Source: Geosiphon pyriformis uo1 (lineage: Eukaryota > Fungi > Glomeromycota). Taken from it: a stretch of DNA of 45,631 nt. The stretch is taken from NCBI GenBank assembly GCA_016748015.1, contig JAAOMT010000620.1:794914-840544 (forward strand). Reading direction: 5' to 3'. Numbering within the stretch: the stretch's first letter is position 1; the number at the start of each line of letters is the position of its first letter. This document shows positions 24,552 to 35,403 of this stretch, in pieces. Below the pieces are notes generated by a model that was given only the letters and a program-made list of their open reading frames with translations, was not told the DNA's origin and searched no databases. A program made the position numbers and the translations under genes.

Positions 24552-26688
24552 CAAACTTACCTTAATATACCAGAAAACCTGATCATCGGAAACAATGACG
24601 GTAGAAACATAAACAGAACCAAGAATTCCTCCAAATTGAGCCAGACAATACCACCAGCAGTTGCCACCGAAGATAGCAGCCTTGCAGCTATTTTTCCTTT
24701 TGAATTAGAGAAAAACGAGGCTATGTTCAGTGGAGCAGCATTGGACGAAAAACACCCAATCACTGCTATGTATACGGAAGCCACTGTAAACAATACCCCA
24801 ATCAAACTTATCTTAGACAACAGATCCGCTGGAAGCATCGTAATGCTTCAACTAGTAAACCAACTGGGTTTCAAAGTTGATCGTGCCGCGACGTCCCAAA
24901 TCATAACAGCTGATGGAAGTACAAAGCTGCCTTATGGCGAAATTGACTCATTCCCTTTCGAAATTAACGGCATAGTAATACCTACAAAAGTATTAGTAAT
25001 GGACGCTACACAATATCAAGCGTTAGTAGGGAATGACTGGCTAACAAAAGCCAATGCCACCCTAGACTGGACCACCCAAGAGCTTCTGATCAATTATAAT
25101 AGCCACCAGGCCAAAATTCCAGCCACCTGTGGCCACTTCCAAAAACCCAGCGCCAACCAAAGACCTACCTTTGAATTTGAGGAAAATTCAGCACTACCAG
25201 CCATCGAAACCTATCAGCTTTCTTGGGCTGATGACCAAAGAACAGGACTACCAGCCGTACCAATGTGGACCAGTGAAGAAAGATCCGAATGGAACCAGGT
25301 AAGTTCACAAAGAAACCACCAGCGACGCAGACCAAAGCTAGAATGCTCGGTTTGCAAGAAGAAACTCTCGTCTATAACTGTGTGCAGCGCACCGGACGAA
25401 GACCCAAGAAACCCCACCCACTACTATTGTAACCGTTGTAACAAAGAAAAATACGGTTACCCAAAAAGACACGGAAAATGGGACGAGGAACCGTGCCTCG
25501 CTTGTGGAGAACCGTTACCAAGAGGGTGCGACTGGAACGACTTACCAGGCAGAGGAGGAACATGTGACGCAACTTGCCAATACACGATCCTCATCTGTGA
25601 CTGGGTAAGAGGAGGAACGCTGTTCGAAGCAGTGTTCAACAGAGCGTTAAAAAGACTACAGCACTACCCACATGACGAGGACGAGTTGTACAACACCACA
25701 CAAGCCAAAGTAAGAGGAGGAACCGCTGAAGAAATACGACGTTGGAAAGAGTCAGCCGAAGTAGCCGACGAAGTCGCCAGCTACAACATGTTTGACCCAG
25801 TGGACGAATTCCAGGACTACTACCAACAACTATGCCCCACTTGACAAGAGCAAGAACAATACCTCGCCCAAATCAACACTTACCTCTGCGAAAACTGTCT
25901 CATCTCGTGCCAAAGTCAGTGCTGTGAAGAGTGTCAAGACGAAAGGGACTTAGAAAAAAAAATGGAAATTGAGAATCAGCAGTCTCAAAATCAATCAATA
26001 AATCAACAAGACTCACCTGACGGTCCCGAGTCAGAAAAATTTGTAGCCTATACCGATCTAGAACAGATGACCAACATCCGATACTTCGACAACGGGCACT
26101 TAGGAATAATACCCGAAAGAGCCCATCCAACCGATGCCGGATTCGATCTATGTTATCCGGAAGACCAATCCACAATGTTACCACCCAGGAGCATCACCAA
26201 AATCGACCTAAAATTAGTGGTTGAAATTCCGCTAGGAATAATGGTTCAAATGGCGTCGCAATCAAGCCTCGCGAAAAAAGGAATAAGCGTTCAAGGAGGA
26301 GTAATTGACTCCGAATACACCGGAAATTTGATGGTTTTGCTACAGAACAATTCAGAAAAGCCTTATACCATTGAATCTAAGGAAAAGATTGCACAAGCAA
26401 TTTTCTTACCATTGGTAAAAATTGGGAAATTTGTGCCAGTGGAAAATCGTGAGGAATTGTCACAAACAACGAGAGGAACTTTTGGTTTTGGATCGACAGA
26501 AAAAGGAATTGAAGCAAATTTCACTGAAACAATAGAGGAAAAAGGCGAAGTAATTAAAAATGAGTGGTCCATCACGCTCCTACCATATGGAAAATCAGAA
26601 ATAAGAATAAAAAGGACAATTAAAGAAAAAGACCTAATATTTGAGCCCTACCCAGAAACTTGCCAACAGTTTCTCATAGGACTTACTA
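24552..26688 (+). pseudogene. D polyprotein continuation: aspartic protease, Cys-rich region, dUTPase
   Basis: Same frame as gag, with stops at 24549 (TAA, likely from CAA) and 25842 (TGA, likely from CGA). Protease LILDNRSAGSI (decayed DSGS) and ALVGNDWL. Confidence 0.85.
26106..26504 (+). CDS. dut: Trimeric dUTPase domain
   Basis: All five motifs in order: AGFDL, (R>Q)SSLA, GVIDS(G>E)YTG, KIAQAIF, RGTFGFGST(G>E). Confidence 0.93.
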
Positions 26689-27451
26689 NNNNNNNNNNNN
26701 NNNNNNNNNNNNNNNNNNNNNNNNNNNNNNNNNNNNNNNNNNNNNNNNNNNNNNNNNNNNNNNNNNNNNNNNNNNNNNNNNNNNNNNNNNNNNNNNNNNN
26801 NNNNNNNNNNNNNNNNNNNNNNNNNNNNNNNNNNNNNNNNNNNNNNNNNNNNNNNNNNNNNNNNNNNNNNNNNNNNNNNNNNNNNNNNNNNNNNNNNNNN
26901 NNNNNNNNNNNNNNNNNNNNNNNNNNNNNNNNNNNNNNNNNNNNNNNNNNNNNNNNNNNNNNNNNNNNNNNNNNNNNNNNNNNNNNNNNNNNNNNNNNNN
27001 NNNNNNNNNNNNNNNNNNNNNNNNNNNNNNNNNNNNNNNNNNNNNNNNNNNNNNNNNNNNNNNNNNNNNNNNNNNNNNNNNNNNNNNNNNNNNNNNNNNN
27101 NNNNNNNNNNNNNNNNNNNNNNNNNNNNNNNNNNNNNNNNNNNNNNNNNNNNNNNNNNNNNNNNNNNNNNNNNNNNNNNNNNNNNNNNNNNNNNNNNNNN
27201 NNNNNNNNNNNNNNNNNNNNNNNNNNNNNNNNNNNNNNNNNNNNNNNNNNNNNNNNNNNNNNNNNNNNNNNNNNNNNNNNNNNNNNNNNNNNNNNNNNNN
27301 NNNNNNNNNNNNNNNNNNNNNNNNNNNNNNNNNNNNNNNNNNNNNNNNNNNNNNNNNNNNNNNNNNNNNNNNNNNNNNNNNNNNNNNNNNNNNNNNNNNN
27401 NNNNNNNNNNNNNNNNNNNNNNNNNNNNNNNNNNNNNNNNNNNNNNNNNNN

Positions 27452-27710
27452 NCATCAGGCAATTGCAAAGATAGCCTCAGAGAAGACCCCAGACAGTGGG
27501 TAGATTTCAGTTCAGCCTCTAAGAAGGAGTACATAAACACACACAACAATCAAGAATTAAAGAATAACTTACATCGCAACAGTAAAAAGAAAGCCTTCAG
27601 TGTAACAGTAACATTATCACACAAATAGAATTGAGGAACTCACGAAAGACTGATTGCAATTAAAGCGGGATATCAGCAATTAAATATAACAAGAAAACCA
27701 TCCCGTAACA
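27452..27710 (+). repeat. Element D 3' LTR (visible end)
   Basis: Last 59 nt identical to the 5' LTR end; followed by TSD CCAC. Confidence 0.85.
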
Positions 27711-30495
27711 CCACTTTTGTAGTTCTTTCTGTTGTTGCTGCTGTTAATATGGATCTGGTTTTTGGTGCTTTTTTCAAAGGTATTACATTTTTGTTGTTTG
27801 TTGTCTTTTCTGGTTCAGATGTTGCTGTTAATACTAGGTTGGCTTTTTTGGAAACCCAACTTAGTGAACTGTTTTTGTTGATAAAATTTATAGTTAAGCC
27901 TGTAAGTTTTCTGGTTGTGTTGGTTACTAAATTACTGTTTACTCTATCTACTATAGCAGAGGCAATGAAGAAAAGTATGGTTGAATTGGCAACCCAAATT
28001 AATGTTGTTTGTACTGTAACTTCTGTGCTGTAAAAGAAAGTGGAGGCCATCAAGATAAGGAGTAAAAAGACTTACTTTGTTGATATATCTGAAAATAAAA
28101 ACATGGATAATAATGATAATAATGATGATATTAAAGATTTTTCAGTCTATAATAACATATTTGATGCAATGATAGAATTTTGAAAGATTCAACTCTTTAA
28201 TATCAAATTTGATTCTGATCAGACTACTAAATGGATAAGTAGTCTTATTAAAAGTAGTCATAAGCTTGTATGCATTATAAGTAAGATATATGAATTAAAT
28301 ATGTTTAATACATTAAGTAACAAAGATAGTACTAGTGTGTAATTAGGGCTTTCTGCTTGTAGTTAGCTGCATCTTGTAATTTTTGTATTATTGGGTAAGC
28401 TGGCTTTATAAAAGTGGTATATTACTGAGGACATAACTAATAAATGACCAGTATGGCTACACGTTAACAAAAAAAAAATATACTGAAAAATTTTTATCAT
28501 TGTTATTATTGTTATTCATATTTTTATCATTTTCTGATACATTCTTTAAGCAGACCCATTCACATTTTTTCTCAAGGTGTGTCATTCTTTTTTACATCAT
28601 AAAAGCAACAGCAGCCAAGCCTTTATTTTGTTTAGCCAACCCAGTCACACTTTTCTTAACTGACACATCCATGATAGATAAAGTAGATAGCAATTTGGTA
28701 ACCAATACAGCTAGAATGCCAATAGGTTCAACCAAGGATTTTATCAACAAAGACAGTTTACTAAGATGGGATTCTAGAAAAGCCAACCTAGATTCAACCA
28801 CAATATTGGAAGCAGAAAGAACCACAGACATCATGAGTGTTGTAGTTTTGGGGGGACAACTGAGATTCAAGTTCATATTAATAGCAGCAGCAACAAAAGA
28901 AACCACAAAGACAGCAGCTTTGGCATAAGATTTAGATTCAGCAAATAAAAGTTTAAAAACTTTGGGGCCACCAAAAGTGTTAGAAAAAAATTTGGATGAG
29001 AAAAAAGGTAACTTTTTACAATTCACAGCCAAATGATTCAAGTTTTGACATCTGTAGCAGTGGCAACATTCAAAAGTTTTCTACCAAATACAATAACCAT
29101 ACAAGATACCAGTTTTTAACACAGCAACATTTAGAGATTCTAAAGAATCAAAGGTAACCATAGCAAATTGTTAATGTCAGTATGATTCTGGGAAGTAAAG
29201 AATAAAACATGTATGGCTACCAACTTGGGAAACCAAATTACTTATCTTAAAGGCAGTACAGTTAAAGAGAAAATTAACCAACTTAGCCTTAAAAGCATCT
29301 CTTGAAGAAATAACATCATTTTGGTTGACAACAGGGAAAATTCTAATACTGTCTTTTCTAACCAGCACAGACCAGTGAATAAGAGCAGCAACAGCAAAAA
29401 AAGTGTCTTTGAAATAAACCACAACATATTGCCATAAGCCAGCAGGCTTTAACTTAACAGAAATGACAACACTAAAAATGCCAAGAGCAGATTTGATGTT
29501 ATCAAAAGAAGTACCCAAAAGTACATTACAAAATGCAACTAATAAAAAAGGGGAAGAAAAAAAGACCACACCAGAAGACTATGCAATCTTAAGAGTGGTC
29601 AAAAAAACTTCATTACCAATGGCCACTTTGATGACACTATTTAGACTCTTCTGAAATACAAATTCTATATAGAATAACTTAACAGCATCTCATGAAACAG
29701 ACTTAAGCCCAATACAACCAGACAGCAACTAAAACAAAGAACAGAGCAAGGCTATCTTGATTTTAAATGTAGCACCAAATACAAAATTAGAGACCACCCA
29801 ACCAGAAAACCTTTGATAATCATTCACATTTTTTTAAGCACCACTATTAGCAGCACCAGAAATTGGAGAAGAAGCAGTTAATTCTATTTCTATTTGATCA
29901 GTTTAATCTTTGAGATCATCTGAAATGATAAGCTGTTTTGCTATTGGAATTGGCAATAATCTGCCAAAAAGTACTATATTAGACAACACAGCCAGTGGTA
30001 GATCTTGCCCATTTTGGAAGATGTACCACTGCTGTTGCCATCCATATCAGTAAAAAAGCTGACTGCTGCTATAAAAATCTTACCAAAAATCTTATCTGAA
30101 ACCACAAAGGGGTTTGGTGTGACCATAGCAGTTGTGACTGCCTGCTGCTGTTTTTTGGAATTTTTGGCTTTCATGGCCATTTGTGAAGCAGTAATAGTAG
30201 TAGTAATAGTGAAAGTGGTAAGAGCAGAAAAGACCAACTTGTTGACTGGTTTGTTATTAAAAATCTTTTGGCTTTTAGAAGTAGTAAAGACAACACTGGG
30301 ACTAATCCAAATGTGTTTTTTAGAAGGAACTTTGACTAAAGAAGAACTACTAGCCAAAGATGAAGAAAATGAATCAGAAGCCATTAAAGACAGCTCATTA
30401 CTAATATTTTTTAAAAAAAATGTAGCCAAAATGTATTGTGTAGCTGCTTTAATAACAGAGAGACCTTCTCATGTTAAAACTTTATTAGTTACTAT

Positions 30496-31148
30496 TGTTA
30501 CAGTTGAAACCCATAGTTTTTATTAGTTATCACATGTATTAGTCACTGATGTCATATAATTAGCCACCCTATTTTTAGATAGTAATTGTTAACCTGATCA
30601 ATGATCTGACCGTTGACCTGATCATTGACCTGATTGTTGACCACTTTAGATAGCTATATAAGCAATGATTCCCTTAGCTGTAGAAAGACATGATTAAAGT
30701 AACGAAATAAAACAATATCAATTACTTTCTTTCATAATTGCTTATTCCTCTTTCCTTATCTTCAAGTATCTATTTGTTGGCATTCACATACCTTATCTTT
30801 TCCCCTTCTTGATTTGTATTTGTTAGAATTAGCCTGAGAAGCAATTGGCTTGCTCTTGTAATTTATTGAATAAAGAAACGATTGAAAAGCACAACAATAC
30901 TTGTTATTGATTCTAAGAATTGCTGAGTTGAGACATAGAATAATAGCAGTGGTGTTATCTTGTTGACAATCACGGACTATTTCTCTACCTTCAGATTTAA
31001 GAAAAGATTAGCGACTGTGATTTTTATGAAACTGATCATGCACATTGAATTCCTACTTATTCAATTTGCTCCCTTATTGTAATTTCCTCTTTGTTTATTT
31101 CCATCACTATACAATACTGTTTTTCCTTGCTTATTCCAACCTGTAACA
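30496..31148 (+). repeat. 5' LTR of Gypsy B2
   Basis: TGTTACAG...CTGTAACA perfect inverted termini; 12-bp TTGACCTGATCA-type repeats; GCTATATAAGC TATA-like box at ~30653. Confidence 0.9.
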
Positions 31149-31154
31149 TAAAAG

Positions 31155-31171
31155 TGGTGCTCCCTGTGAGG
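31155..31171 (+). promoter_or_regulatory. PBS of B2 (elongator tRNA-Met or tRNA-Ile-like)
   Basis: TGGTGCTCCCTGTGAGG; the same motif recurs at 35358 and 43096. Confidence 0.8.
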
Positions 31172-31200
31172 TTGTCAAAATTCACTTATTCCCTTATTGT

Positions 31201-34200
31201 ATGGGTGATTACTCATATCTGCCACAGCAATCAGAAGAACACTTTGAAGCACACAACAAAAATGATCTAGACTTTATTAAACTCAATCTTTTGCCCTTCT
31301 GCTTGATTTGCTTCCCCATTGAAAAACAATCTAGTAGACAATTCCAAGACTTTTGGAACTGGTTTCTGAACAAGCATTCAGCTGAAATCTACACAGCCTA
31401 TACAACTTATTACTTTAACCAAGCTTATTTTGAAGACAACTTTGAAGAAAAAAATAACAGCATCAATCAGCTTTTATATTCCACAATTTTTGAACAACAG
31501 TCTTCTGATTTTGAATATCTAAATCACCAAATTTATATTTGGATTGCTGCCCATTAGCTAACTGAAACATCCTTTAAAACAGAAAAAGAAAGCTATCAAA
31601 CTGCTCCTGTTTTTGATCTCTTCTTAAATAAATTAGAACACTTCACACAAACAGCTACTCTTGAATCAATGGCTAATGCCCCTATGCAACAAAACATTTT
31701 GATCATTCTTTAAGGCATACAAACTGCTTTAGAATGAAGAAACAATATCTTATTACCATTATTTAGAAATGATGTACAAGATCCAATTAAATGGTTGGAT
31801 GACTTTAAAAGAACTGCTACAGTCAACCAATATAATAATGAATACAAGTTTCAAATCATTGGTGGTTATCTTTAAGGCTCTCCTGCTACTTGGTTTTCAC
31901 AAGAAACCAATGTCAATGCTTAGCAAAGAATCATTAGATGGGCACCAACAAATGCTAAAGAAGACAATACCTTTTTTACTACTTGATTTAAAATGAAATT
32001 TAGAACTCCTATCTTGATATTCAAATGGCACATAGAATTAAAAAGAACCCAAGATTCTGGTAAAGTTGTAACTAAATATGCCAAAGCAATCAGAAGGTTA
32101 ATTAAGCAGGTAAACTCTAAAAAAAACTGGACAGAAAAGCAGAAAACTTACTTTTTTACAAAAGGATTGAGAACTGATTTCTCATATGTTTTTTGGTCCT
32201 TCCTGGCCCTAAAAAACAATCTTACAATGGATATGGCCATTGAACTAGCCCAACAAATTGAAGATAATCAAAGGATGCACTTGGAATTCACACTTGTTAT
32301 GGCTCTTGCTTCTCAAATGACTGCCATTTCTTTTGCTACTCAAATTCCAGATCTCAATAAACAATTGATAAATAGACTTATAGCCAATCTTGCCTGGCTA
32401 TTAGAACTCTTAGCCCAAGCACTTAGAAAAAATTAACAACCTCAAAAACCCAAATATAAACTCTATTTTAATCAGCTCCAATAACTCTCTTATCAAAGAC
32501 AACAAAATCATGGCCCATCTGTATTATTACTGTGAATTAACTGGACATTTCTTCAGAGATTGCAACAATTCTCTTCTGCTTCCTTTAGCTTTTAAAAATA
32601 ATGATAACCAAAACAATAAAACCAACAACAACAATGCTCTTAATTAAAGACCCAATTATGTTAACATCAATTTTTTTGAAGAGGATTTCTTAGTTGAAGC
32701 CATTGTTTATTAGTCTTTAAATTAGTAGGTGCACCTCCAAAGGGTAAGAGTGCAAGCCAATTAGAAGAAAACTTCTTTTATGCTTTTAACCTAACTGATG
32801 ATGATCATAACATGAATAAACTAGCAATTAATACCTCTAAATCAACAAGAAAAAAAAAAAGCCAAAGTTGATTTCGTTCTGGACCCAAATAAAGCATTCA
32901 CATTAACTGCTGACAACAATAAGCCACCAAAGACTAAAGTTTTTAAAAATCCTTCAAAGTTAGAACCTCCAGAAATAGTACAAAAATCTGGTTTCTATTC
33001 TGTTGTTAAAAATCTCATAGAAATCTCAGTTCACATTACCTTTGGCCAGCTAATGACTCATCCACAATTCAGAAAAGATCTTTGCAAATTCTTGATCCCA
33101 AAGAAAAAAATACCAAAAACCAACAAGCACTCTCACCAAGCTAAACTTGCTGACAACAGCAATGTTACTCCTCTAATTTGCAAAGCCCAAGTGGCTGGCT
33201 ACTTTATTGATCTGATTTTATATAGTGGATCATCTGTCAATGTTATTGCCAAATATTTTTTTGAAACAATTAGCAAAAAGATTGATGAACCCTTAACTAA
33301 ACTAATAACCAATGTACATAATGACAAAAAAAAAGGCTTGGTATAGCCAAAGCTATTCCTGTTTGCATCAATGGCATTAGCATTAAGATTAACATAGAAG
33401 TATCTAAAGCAAAAAAATACACTATTATTGTTGGTAATAAATGGCTCAAAAAACCAAAAGTTTTGCTTGATTATAAATTTTGTGAGCTAACCATTAGATG
33501 TGGTGAAAAACCTATTGTGGTTAAATGTCACCATTGGACAACTTTTCTAGTACTCAAGCAAAATTAAGAAGATAAGTAATTAGATAAATCAGATAATGAT
33601 GAGAGCAATGAAAAAAAAATTAAGAAGAACAAAAAAAAACTGCTAAACTTATCTATACTATCTTCACCAGCAATAGTAAACTATTGAACAATGTTAAAGC
33701 TAACAAAAAAGGAATCATGGTAAATGGCAAGCTAATTTGCTGATCCTACTATAATATACTCAGAAGAACCTTTAACAGAAAACCTAACAAAAAAGCCAAA
33801 TACAGCTATTGATATTAAAGTCCTTGTGCTAGGTACTGGTATAATAACCTTTGTATTCTTCTAATAATAAATGCAAATCCTACCTGATCTATTACAAAGA
33901 TTGAGAGCCAATTAGTTTGATATCCAGAGAAGAACTAAAAAAAATACAGAAATCCTTTGAGAATAAACCACCTAAAATTCAATCACTAGTTATAAAACAA
34001 AAAAAACCTTTTCCTAAAGAAAGAAAAATGAATATTGAAAATTTGTTGGCTAGAAATAGCCCAGTTATCTCATAAGAAGGTAATACTTCTGGACAAACTC
34101 ATGTAATACAACACACCATCACCAAAAAAACTTGCCCAATTCATTTGAAGCCTTATTAATCCAATTAATGCAATGATAAGTTCATCAAAAAAAAGATAAA

Positions 34201-34613
34201 CTGAATAAAAAATCTTAGATTTATACAAGAAACCAAGAGTAAATGGGCTTTTTCAGTTGTAGTGATATCTAAGAAAGGTAGAACCCTATGCTTTTGTGTT
34301 GACTATCACCAATTAAATGCTATCACTATAAGAAACATGTACTTATTCTCCAAAATTGATGCAATGTTAAACAAATTCAATGGTGCTGTTTTCTTCTTAA
34401 CTATTAACTTAACTGCTGGATTTTGGCAAGTAGAGATGAATCCAGAAAGTAGAAAGAAAACTGCTTTCATTATCAAGTATGGCATTTATGAATTTACAGT
34501 CATGCTTTTTGGTTTCACCAATGCTCCTCTCACTTTTCAACACCTAATGGACAAAGTATTTGAATTAGTAAAAGAAAACTTTGTTCTGGTCTATTTAAAT
34601 GACATAATAGTAT
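31201..34613 (+). pseudogene. Gypsy B2 gag-protease-RT start, cut by B3
   Basis: Collinear with 35404-38835: Gag, LILYSGSS (decayed DSGS), LCFCVDY, VYLNDI. Many stops. Confidence 0.9.
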
Positions 34614-35351
34614 TATTACGATTAAAACTTATACTTATTAATTATTATATGTATTAGTTACTGATGTCATATAAATTAGCCACTCTATTTTTAGAAAGTG
34701 ATCATTGACCTAATCAATGACTTGACTGTTGACCTGACCATTGACCTAATTATTGACCTGATTAATGATCTAATCATTGACCTAATCATTGACTTGATTA
34801 TTGACCTAGTCATTAACTTGATTATTGACCACTTTTGATAGCTATATAAGCAATGAATCTCTAAAGCATGTAAAAATCAAGGAAATCAAATAAATAAATA
34901 ACAACTTTCATCTCAATTATTCTTTTATCACTAATTTCCCTTTCCCTACTTTCAAGTATCTGAACATCTTGGGATAAAAGACTACTTGTTGGTTATTCTT
35001 TATCCTTTTCCTGAAACATGTAATTGTAGCATTTAAAGATTATTGAATAAAACATGACTGAAGAGTACATCTGATATTTGATATTGAATTCTAAGAGTGC
35101 TGATGTGAGACATAGAATTATACTAGTGTGTAATCATTTGTTGACAGTACAGACTATTCCTCTACTTTCAGATTCTCTAGTTATCTTTTGAAAAATATAG
35201 TGACTGAGATATTTTATGAGATTAATCTTGCACATTAAATCCATACTTATTCAATTTATTCTTTGAAGTTGAATTCTCTTTGATTATTTTCATCACTCTA
35301 CAATCCTGTTTTCTCTTGCTATTTGTTAGCTTATTATTCTAACCCATAACA
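34614..35351 (+). repeat. 5' LTR of Gypsy B3
   Basis: TATTACG (decayed TGTTACG)...CATAACA; homologous to 30496-31148; about 11 copies of the 12-bp unit at ~34700-34830; TATA at ~34842. Confidence 0.88.
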
Positions 35352-35357
35352 TAAAAG

Positions 35358-35374
35358 TGGTGCTTCTTGTGAAG
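35358..35374 (+). promoter_or_regulatory. PBS of B3 (decayed)
   Basis: TGGTGCTTCTTGTGAAG after a TAAAAG spacer. Confidence 0.75.
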
Positions 35375-35403
35375 TTGTCAAAATTCACTTTGTTTCTTAT
35401 TGT

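Larger units (their letters stand above)
21833..27710 (+). mobile_element. Young LTR retrotransposon D carrying dUTPase
   Basis: Termini TGTTACGG...CCGTAACA (perfect 8-bp inverted repeat). TSD CCAC at 21829-21832 and 27711-27714. LTR ends identical over 59 nt (22815-22873 = 27652-27710). CpG-rich. Confidence 0.93.
20226..28478 (+). mobile_element. Family A copy A8 (20226-21832, 27711-28478), interrupted by element D
   Basis: 5' AAAAACTCTTTC; poly(A) ends 28478. Decayed TSD tagactgaaatatctt (20208-20223) / tatactgaaaaatttt (28479-28494). Confidence 0.9.
19874..30495 (-). mobile_element. Family A copy A7 in two pieces (19874-20223, 28479-30495); 5' end cut by the B2 LTR
   Basis: Poly(T) 19874-19888. 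Collinear across A8. Stops abruptly at TGTTACAG (30496), about 85 bp short of the consensus 5' end. Confidence 0.88.

Noticed and set aside
24549-24557. TAA CAA at the end of D gag as a programmed readthrough site
   Set aside because: The context is not CARYYA, and a CAA>TAA mutation in a Gln-rich region is simpler. The family consensus is needed to settle it.
26634-27628. Long ORFs spanning the N gap
   Set aside because: Artefacts of translating Ns.
34700-34830. Tandem arrays as CRISPR-like repeats
   Set aside because: No unique spacers, eukaryotic LTR context and no cas genes.
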